Shown piece after piece: positions 26,645-32,000 of a DNA stretch of 32,000 bases (its first letter is position 1; each line of letters begins with the position of its first letter). The notes under the pieces were generated by a model that was given only the letters and a program-made list of their open reading frames with translations, was not told the DNA's origin and did no database searches. The stretch comes from an uncultured Chloroflexia bacterium (GTDB lineage: Bacteria > Chloroflexota > Anaerolineae > Anaerolineales > Anaerolineaceae). The stretch spans positions 1,230,001-1,262,000 of the forward strand of contig OY969938.1 of assembly GCA_963704755.1 (NCBI GenBank), in the 5' to 3' direction. The position numbers and the translations under genes are program-made.

Positions 26645-26837
26645 TTCACCACGGAGGCACAGAGGGCACGGAGAAGAAGGAAGAGTTCAAGAAGAGGAAA
26701 GAAGTTTTTAAAGCTGAGCGGCCTCGGTCTGGAGACCGAGGCCGATCTACTTTAGACTGTCTGTCTTTTAATCGCAGTTTCTTTCTTCTCTTCCTTTTCT
26801 CTTTTCTTCTCCGTGCGCTCTGTGCCTCCGTGGTTAA
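26645..26837. repeat. ~190-bp MITE-like nested-hairpin element (full-length member of the ACCACGGAGGCACAGA family)
   Basis: 31-bp terminal inverted repeats (29/31): TTCACCACGGAGGCACAGAGGGCACGGAGAA at 26645-26675, and the reverse complement of 26807-26837. A purine-rich arm (26676-26704) faces a pyrimidine-rich arm (26774-26806). Central perfect hairpin: CGGCCTCGGTC-TGGA-GACCGAGGCCG (26719-26744). Confidence 0.8.
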
Positions 26838-26929
26838 CTTCTTCTTCCTGCCATGGTTTTCTTTCTCCCTGCGGTGATAGAATTGACATCATCCAGGCCT
26901 CATCCATCCCTCGACCTGAGCGAACCGGT

Positions 26930-29656
26930 ATGACCCTCCCCCTGTTGCAAACGAAAATGACCATTCCCGCCGTCCGCCGGCAGGCGATTGCCCGCCCGCG
27001 CCTGCTCGCCCGCCTGGACGAAGTTGTTCAGAACGGCTACAAGCTGGCCTTGCTGTCCGCCCCGGCCGGCTACGGCAAAACTTCGCTCCTGGCGGCCTGG
27101 GCGGCCGCTCTGCCCGGCCGCTTCTCCATCCGGCCGGCCTGGCTCAAGCTCGAGCCGACCGAAAATGACCCCCGCCGCTTCTGGAACTACAGCCTGGCGG
27201 CTTTACAGCAGGGATATCCGCAAGTCGGCCAGTCCGCAGCCAGCCTGCTGCATGCCGACCCGGGCGTGCCGATCGAAAACGTGCTGACCCTCTGGCTGGC
27301 CGACCTGGAGCAGCTTGACGAAAAGGTCGTCTGGGTACTGGATGATTTTCACCAGATCCAGTCGCTCGACATCTTGAAGGGGCTGGCCTTCTTTCTAGAA
27401 CACCTGCCCGCCATGGTTCACCTGGTGATTGCCGGGCGCAGCGATCCCTTCCTGCCTCTGCCTCGTTTGCGCGCCCGCAATGAAGTCCTCGAACTGCGCC
27501 TGGCCGACCTGGCTTTCGACCCGGTCGAAGCAGCCGCCTTTTTTACCCAGACCATGCACCTGGATCTGCCCGAAGGGCTGGTTGGCGACATCACCGGCCA
27601 GACCCGCGGGTGGATCGCCGGTTTACAGCTTGCCGGCCTGTCCCTGCAGCGCAATCCGGCCACCAACGCCCGCCCGAGCGGGGCAACCTACGCCGCCGCA
27701 GACCTGTTCCAGTTCTTCAAACAAGAGGTGCTGGCCAGTTTGCCGGAAGACCGGCAGCGTTTCCTGTTTGAAATATCCATATTGGATTTATTTTCGGCTG
27801 ACCTTTGCCAGCAGGTTACCCGCCGCAGCGACAGTGCGGCCCTGTTGGAGCAGTTCGAGCGGGAAAATCTGTTCCTTTCTGCGCTGGACTTGCAGGGAAC
27901 TGTTTTTCAGTTTCACCCGCTCTTCCGCGAGCTGCTCAACCAGGAGCTCCGCCTTTCAGTTTCAACCGGCGAAATTTTGGAACTGCACCAACGGGCTGCC
28001 GACTGGCTGGAACAACACGGCCAGGCCGAAGCAGCTTTCAGCCAGGCCCTGGCCGGCGCAGCTTATCCCCAGGCCGAACGCCTGCTCGTGACCCTCGGCC
28101 TGGAACGCATTCTGGCCGGAGAAGGTCTATCGATCTATAATTTTTGCCTGGCGTTCCCGGAAGCCTATCGTCGTGAAAGCGCACAGGTCAACCTGTTGGC
28201 CGGCTGGGCTCTGCTGGCCGCGGCCCGCTTCGAGCAGGTCGAGCCCTACCTGGCTGCTGCCGAGGCGGCACAGACCGGCTCAGGGGCGATGAGCGACGAC
28301 GTACGCGGCCAGCTCGCGGCCATACGCGCCACGGTGGCATTCAATTTGAAGGACATATCCCGGTCCATGGACCAGGCCAACCTGGCCTTGACTTTGCTTC
28401 CGGAAGAGGCCTACCTGGTGCGCAGTGTGGTCATGCTGGACCTGGCCGATTCGCTGCTGATCCAGGGTGACATCGATGCGGCGCGGCTGCGCTACCTGGA
28501 AACCGCCGAATACGCCGGACGGGCCGGCAACCGTTTTGTGCAGATCAATTGCCTGGCGATGGCCGGACGCGCCTTATTCTGGCAGGGCCGCCTGCATGAA
28601 GCTGAAACGATGGCCAGGCAGGCGATTCATTTAGCCGAAAGCACCGGCCAGGCCAACTTGCCGATCCTGGGGCTGGTCGAGGCGGTGCTGGCCGAGATCC
28701 GCCTGGCCCGCCAGCAGCCCGAACAAGCCTGGGAATGGATCACCAAGAGCCTGGATCACTTTCGGATGTGGGGTCATCCCAACCACATCGTCCAGGCCAC
28801 CCTGGCCGAGATTGAAATCCTGGCGGCCCTGGGAAAACTGGATGAAGCCCTGGATCAAGTCATCCAGGTTCGTTTGCTGATCCAGCAGCAGCGGCTGATG
28901 CTATCCCAAAGTCGGGCCGAATCTGCGGCAGCCGGGATCTATTTGCAAAAGGGCCAGGCCGGCCTGGCGCGGGAAACCCTGCTGGCCGCCGGGCTGGTCA
29001 CGAAAACCGGCGCAGAAGACCCGGCTTACCAGCCGGTTCCCTTTAGCGACCCGATCCAAATTTTTAGCTACCCGATCGGCATCCGTTTGCTGTACGAGCT
29101 GGGCCAGGCAAACCCGGCCCTGGCCTGGCTGGAAGCCTGGCTGGCACCGGTCAAGGCCAAAGACTTTCGCGGGCAGGCCATTCGCCTGCTCACCTTACGC
29201 GCCCTGATCGAACGGCAGCAAGGCCGGCTGGCAGCAGCCCTGGTCACTCTCGAACAGGCCTTGAGCCAGGCCGAGCCGGAAGGATTTATCCATGCCTTCG
29301 TGAAAGAAGGCCAACCCGTCCAGGAGCTGATCCAGGCCTGGCTGGGGCTGCCCGACCGCCCAGATGTTCTGGTTGTGTTTGCCCGGCGCCTGCTGCTTTG
29401 TTTCAACGGCACAACGCTTGGCCAGGCTGAACCGCTCACTCCAGCCCTGAACAGCGAGACTTTGAGCCCGCGCGAAGGGGAGGTACTGCGGCTGGTCGCT
29501 GCAGGGATGACCAACGAGGACATCGCCCGCGAACTGTACGTGTCCACCAACACGATCAAGACCCATCTCAAGCGTATTTACGACAAGTTGGGGGTCAATG
29601 ACCGCTGGGAAGCCGTCCGGGTGGCCCGACTGACGGGATTGAAATCCCGAAATTGA
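26930..29656 (+). CDS. MalT/LAL-type large ATP-binding LuxR-family transcriptional regulator (STAND NTPase + helical repeats + C-terminal HTH)
   Basis: N-terminus MTLPLLQTKMTIPAVRRQAIARPRLLARL, typical of MalT-like proteins. Walker A LLSAPAGYGKTSL. Walker B VWVLDDFH. C-terminal LSPREGEVLRLVAAGMTNEDIARELYVSTNTIKTHLKRIYDKLGV. The ORF extension from 26813 runs into the repeat and is discounted. Confidence 0.88.
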   Translation: MTLPLLQTKMTIPAVRRQAIARPRLLARLDEVVQNGYKLALLSAPAGYGKTSLLAAWAAALPGRFSIRPAWLKLEPTENDPRRFWNYSLAALQQGYPQVGQSAASLLHADPGVPIENVLTLWLADLEQLDEKVVWVLDDFHQIQSLDILKGLAFFLEHLPAMVHLVIAGRSDPFLPLPRLRARNEVLELRLADLAFDPVEAAAFFTQTMHLDLPEGLVGDITGQTRGWIAGLQLAGLSLQRNPATNARPSGATYAAADLFQFFKQEVLASLPEDRQRFLFEISILDLFSADLCQQVTRRSDSAALLEQFERENLFLSALDLQGTVFQFHPLFRELLNQELRLSVSTGEILELHQRAADWLEQHGQAEAAFSQALAGAAYPQAERLLVTLGLERILAGEGLSIYNFCLAFPEAYRRESAQVNLLAGWALLAAARFEQVEPYLAAAEAAQTGSGAMSDDVRGQLAAIRATVAFNLKDISRSMDQANLALTLLPEEAYLVRSVVMLDLADSLLIQGDIDAARLRYLETAEYAGRAGNRFVQINCLAMAGRALFWQGRLHEAETMARQAIHLAESTGQANLPILGLVEAVLAEIRLARQQPEQAWEWITKSLDHFRMWGHPNHIVQATLAEIEILAALGKLDEALDQVIQVRLLIQQQRLMLSQSRAESAAAGIYLQKGQAGLARETLLAAGLVTKTGAEDPAYQPVPFSDPIQIFSYPIGIRLLYELGQANPALAWLEAWLAPVKAKDFRGQAIRLLTLRALIERQQGRLAAALVTLEQALSQAEPEGFIHAFVKEGQPVQELIQAWLGLPDRPDVLVVFARRLLLCFNGTTLGQAEPLTPALNSETLSPREGEVLRLVAAGMTNEDIARELYVSTNTIKTHLKRIYDKLGVNDRWEAVRVARLTGLKSRN

Positions 29657-29691
29657 GGCATTTACGACGAAAAAACTTACGAATTCCCCCG

Positions 29692-29722
29692 CGCCGGGTG
29701 ACAGACTGTCACCCGGCGTTTT
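29692..29722 (+). terminator. Intrinsic terminator after the LuxR-family gene
   Basis: CGCCGGGTGACAG-A-CTGTCACCCGGCG followed by TTTT. Starts 36 nt after the stop. Confidence 0.8.
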
Positions 29723-29759
29723 GCTATTGTCAATATAGATTTCCACAGGAGATAAAATC

Positions 29760-29990
29760 ATGTCCCAATCCAATAAAAATAATCCATCCAGCGATCCCAC
29801 CATCTTCGAGAGTGGATCGTACTTATTCGCCAGCAACGTATGTGACACGCTCGAAAAAGCCGGTATCCCGGCCATCCTCCGCCAGGCCGGCCGCTACCAG
29901 GTGGCCGTCCCGGAAGAATTTTCTCGCCAGTCGCAGCAATTGCTTTCCGTTGAGCCGCATAGCGCGGAAATATTCTGCTATTGCCGCTAA
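29760..29990 (+). CDS. Small protein, DUF2007-like (putative signal-transducing beta-alpha-beta fold)
   Basis: 76 aa. IFESGSYLFASNVCDTLEKAGIPAILRQAG.YQVAVPEEFSRQSQQLL resembles the DUF2007 pattern (recalled, not searched). AGGAG lies 7 nt upstream of the ATG. Confidence 0.5.
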   Translation: MSQSNKNNPSSDPTIFESGSYLFASNVCDTLEKAGIPAILRQAGRYQVAVPEEFSRQSQQLLSVEPHSAEIFCYCR

Positions 29991-30002
29991 CCGGTCGCCC
30001 CA

Positions 30003-30239
30003 ATGCCGTCTCATCAGCCTGCTTATACCTACCGCATCCGCGTAGAAGGACACATTCCTCCCGCCTGGCTGGACTGGTTTGGGGATCTGAGCATCCTCTC
30101 ACAGGCCGGGGAAACGACTCTGATCGCCACTTTACCCGATAACCCGGCTCTGATGGGCCTGCTTAATCACCTGGCCAGCCTGAACCTGTCCCTGATTTCG
30201 GTTGAACGCCTGGCGCTCGAAACTAGGCCAAAGGAGTAG
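30003..30239 (+). CDS. Small conserved hypothetical protein (78 aa)
   Basis: YRIRVEGHIPPAWLDWFGDLSILSQAGETTLIATLPDNPALMGLLNHLASLNLSLISV resembles a recurrent small-protein pattern (Y.i.v.G.l...w..wF.g......G.T.L.g...DqaaL.GlL..l..l.l.L.sv) seen in GC-rich bacteria. Function unknown. Confidence 0.55.
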   Translation: MPSHQPAYTYRIRVEGHIPPAWLDWFGDLSILSQAGETTLIATLPDNPALMGLLNHLASLNLSLISVERLALETRPKE

Positions 30240-30244
30240 CCACA

Positions 30245-30342
30245 GATGGACACAGATAAGACAAAAAGTTAAGCTATATAAGGTCAGCGGCGAAGCCGCT
30301 GACCTTATATAGCAGATTTCTTATCTTTCATCTGTGTCCATC
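30245..30342. repeat. Nested-hairpin intergenic element: outer 13-bp arms plus an inner 19-bp perfect palindrome with GAA triloop
   Basis: Outer arms: GATGGACACAGAT (30245-30257) with ATCTGTGTCCATC (30330-30342). Inner palindrome: GCTATATAAGGTCAGCGGC-GAA-GCCGCTGACCTTATATAGC (30273-30313). The inner centre GCGGCGAAGCCGC is identical to 20678-20690. Confidence 0.8.
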
Positions 30343-30375
30343 CGTGTATATCTCTGGCAAAAATGGAGATTTTCG

Positions 30376-31716
30376 ATGGAATCGAAACAAATGCACTACC
30401 GCAATTCCTCTCAAGACTTGATGAATTACATTACCCGCGCCAACGCGGACCAGCAACTGCACGGGATCATCTCTGTCCGCGGTCGCCTGGACGAACACAC
30501 GCTTCAATCGGCTATGCGCATTGCGATGGACCGCGAACCGGTGTTGGGCTGCCGCTTCGTCCAGCAGGACAACCATACCGGCTGGGAACGGCGCAGTGAC
30601 CTGGACCGGCTCGACCTGTGCCCGCTCATTCACCCGGCCGACCTCCGCGGCGAACTTAAGGCTTTCGTCACCACCCCGGCCGATCCCTGCCGGGACCCGC
30701 TGATCCAGGCCCGCCTCTTCCGCACCACCGCAGGCGACACCTTCTGTCTCAAGGTCAACCACGTGGCCGCCGACGGGGCCGGGACCAAGGAGATTGTTTA
30801 CCTGGTCGCGGACACCTACACCCGCCTGGTCGCCGACCCCTCTTACCGGCCCGGCCTGAGCAGGCCCGGCAAGCGCTCGCAATTGGGCCTGTTTCGCCAG
30901 GCCGGGTTGAAGAATCTGTTCAAGTACCGCCCGCGCAAATTGGGGCTGCCCTCCGGCGGGCGCTTCAGCCTGCCCTTCCACGGCAGCGAACCTGACGGCC
31001 GCGCGTTTGCCCTGCGCCAGGTTGATCCCGATACCTTCCGCATGCTCAAGGCCTATGGCAAGCGCCAGGGTGCGACGATCAACGATTTGATCCTGGCAGC
31101 TCTGTACAAAGCCCTGTTCAGCGTGGCCGAAACGCCCCAGTCCACAGCGCTGCCGGTGCAGGTCTCGATCGATCTGCGCCGCGCCTTGCCGTTCCATCAG
31201 CCCCAGCCGATCTGCAACCTGTCCGGTGCGCTCTTCCCGGCCATCCCATACCGGCCGGGTGCGTCCTACGAAAAAATCTTGAGCGATGTCCAGGCCCAGA
31301 TGAAGCGCTGGAAATCCGGCCGGCCCGGCCTGACCGGCGCCATGCTGATCGAGCTGGCCATGCTGCAGGGCTTTCACAAAGCCAACGCGATGCTTGGCCA
31401 GATGACCGCCGTGCGCAGCAACCAGGTCAACCCGCTGCTGCTGAGCAATTTCGGCCTAATGGACGAATCCCGGCTGGTCTTTGGCAGTGCGGAGATCGTC
31501 GATGCATACCTTCTCGGCCCGGTTATGTTCAAGCGGGGGCTGATGCTGACCGCAAGCACCTATGCGGACCGGCTCACCCTGGCCATCGGCTACTGCCAGG
31601 GCTGCATTTCAGCCAGCGTCATCGAAGCGATCCTGGAGCAGGTGTGGGTGGAGTTGCGGCAGGCTGGTGAATACGTGGGCGACGAAGCGCCGGCTTGCCA
31701 ACTTATTGGCTGGTAA
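30376..31716 (+). CDS. Stand-alone condensation-domain / WS-DGAT-PapA5-like acyltransferase (HxxxDG superfamily)
   Basis: 446 aa with catalytic-type motif LKVNHVAADGAG. ATG 30376 is preceded by GGAG. The ORF extension from 30334 starts inside the repeat arm. The long antisense ORF 30328-31377 is Ala/Gly/Arg-rich shadow. Confidence 0.6.
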   Translation: MESKQMHYRNSSQDLMNYITRANADQQLHGIISVRGRLDEHTLQSAMRIAMDREPVLGCRFVQQDNHTGWERRSDLDRLDLCPLIHPADLRGELKAFVTTPADPCRDPLIQARLFRTTAGDTFCLKVNHVAADGAGTKEIVYLVADTYTRLVADPSYRPGLSRPGKRSQLGLFRQAGLKNLFKYRPRKLGLPSGGRFSLPFHGSEPDGRAFALRQVDPDTFRMLKAYGKRQGATINDLILAALYKALFSVAETPQSTALPVQVSIDLRRALPFHQPQPICNLSGALFPAIPYRPGASYEKILSDVQAQMKRWKSGRPGLTGAMLIELAMLQGFHKANAMLGQMTAVRSNQVNPLLLSNFGLMDESRLVFGSAEIVDAYLLGPVMFKRGLMLTASTYADRLTLAIGYCQGCISASVIEAILEQVWVELRQAGEYVGDEAPACQLIGW

Positions 31717-31742
31717 AACCAGCGCTTTGCCCCCCTTCCCTG

Positions 31743-31777
31743 CTTCCCTCCAAATCAAAAACTGATTTGGAGGGAAG
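31743..31777 (+). terminator. 15-bp stem hairpin downstream of the acyltransferase gene
   Basis: CTTCCCTCCAAATCA-AAAAC-TGATTTGGAGGGAAG, 27 nt after stop TAA 31714-31716. No clear T-run follows. Confidence 0.45.
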
Positions 31778-31839
31778 AGCCAGATTCTTCCTCCCAAAAA
31801 CTTTCTGCGACTGTGGCGTATTTTTTGGCCGGTGTTGAA

Positions 31840-32000
31840 GATCGGCCTCGGTCTGGAGACCGGGCCGATCCACTTTAGGCTATCTTTCTTACACACAGTA
31901 ATATCTCTTCTTTTTCTCTTTCTTTTTCTTTTTCTTTTTCTTTTTCTCTTCTCTTCTTTTCTTTTCTTTTCTTTCTTCTCTCTGTGCTCTCCGTGCCTCC
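31840..32000. repeat. Partial or variant second copy of the MITE-like element: core plus an expanded 80-nt polypyrimidine arm plus a related right end, cut by the window edge
   Basis: By hand alignment, core GATCGGCCTCGGTCTGGAGACCGGGCCGATCCACTTTAGGCTATC (31840-31884) matches 26716-26761 at about 40 of 45-46 positions. 31904-31983 is pure C/T and includes (CTTTTT)n and (CTTTT)n. It ends ...CTCTGTGCTCTCCGTGCCTCC, related to 26811-26830. Confidence 0.7.

Noticed and set aside
26623-26964. Two small ORFs (84 aa plus strand, 70 aa minus strand) with HGGTEGTEKKEE / TERTEKKREKEEKK sequence
   Set aside because: They are translations of the inverted-repeat element itself (tandem 9-mers plus purine/pyrimidine arms). 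Mirror-image ORFs on both strands and low complexity argue against coding.
26930-29656. STAND NTPase as an antiviral Avs-like defence protein
   Set aside because: There is no N-terminal effector domain (nuclease, protease or similar). The protein starts directly with the MalT-type NTPase and ends in a GerE/LuxR HTH, the classical LAL transcription-regulator layout.
29068-30102. Minus-strand ORFs (167, 226, 114 and 76 aa) overlapping the end of the LuxR gene and the small-protein genes
   Set aside because: Arg/Ser/Pro/Gly-rich shadows crossing a strong plus-strand terminator. The plus-strand genes have an HTH motif and SDs.
30328-31377. 349-aa minus-strand ORF antisense to the condensation-type acyltransferase gene
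   Set aside because: It is Ala/Gly/Arg/Pro-rich with no recognisable motifs, a typical shadow ORF in GC-rich DNA. The plus-strand frame carries the HxxxDG motif, an SD and a sensible start.
31896-32000. Short tandem repeats at the window end as a CRISPR array or a coding low-complexity region
   Set aside because: Repeat units are 5-6 nt with no spacers, pure pyrimidine, and contiguous with a recognisable repeat-element core. This is not compatible with CRISPR repeats (typically 23-50 nt) or with a plausible protein.

Overview
The window reads as a bacterial chromosomal segment with two compositional compartments. The taxon is not provable from sequence alone. The protein and repeat style would fit an environmental lineage such as Chloroflexota.

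(1) nt ~312-12600 is a visibly AT-rich accessory island, coded entirely on the minus strand. It holds one tightly coupled glycan synthesis and decoration operon:
- an 836-aa methyltransferase / coiled-coil / WsaF-like glycosyltransferase fusion
- a 702-aa glycosyltransferase / methyltransferase fusion
- a cupin ketoisomerase-like protein
- a DegT-type aminotransferase
- a GNAT acetyltransferase
- a DPM1/ArnC-like polyprenyl-phosphate GT2
- a 933-aa GT-C-like membrane protein with a large extracytoplasmic domain

The island is bracketed by the 3' end of a DDE transposase gene (1-311) and by an ISAs1-family IS (11242-12553). That IS has 20-bp inverted repeats, an 8-bp flanking direct repeat and a frame-disrupted transposase.

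(2) nt ~12600-32000 is GC-rich core. It carries a possibly 5'-truncated membrane protein, a YgjP-like metallopeptidase, gyrB, two polytopic membrane proteins, a JAMM/MPN protein, plsY, an MBL-fold hydrolase, a GNAT, a HAD-IB hydrolase and a 4-gene PotABCD-type ABC importer. It also carries a MalT/LAL-type LuxR regulator, two small proteins and a stand-alone HxxxDG condensation-type acyltransferase.

The core intergenic regions hold an unusual load of hairpin-forming repeats:
- a family sharing ACCACGGAGGCACAGA / TCTGTGCCTCCGTGGTTAA arms (3 loci, one a ~190-bp nested-hairpin MITE-like element)
- two palindromes sharing the core GCGGCGAAGCCGC
- several 19-27-bp perfect triloop hairpins
- an 80-nt pure polypyrimidine tract at the window end

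No rRNA, tRNA or CRISPR array was recognised by eye. The most interesting candidate system is the IS-bracketed island. It combines a ruler-like methyl-capping polymerase fusion with a predicted lipid-linked acetamido-deoxyhexose decoration pathway.
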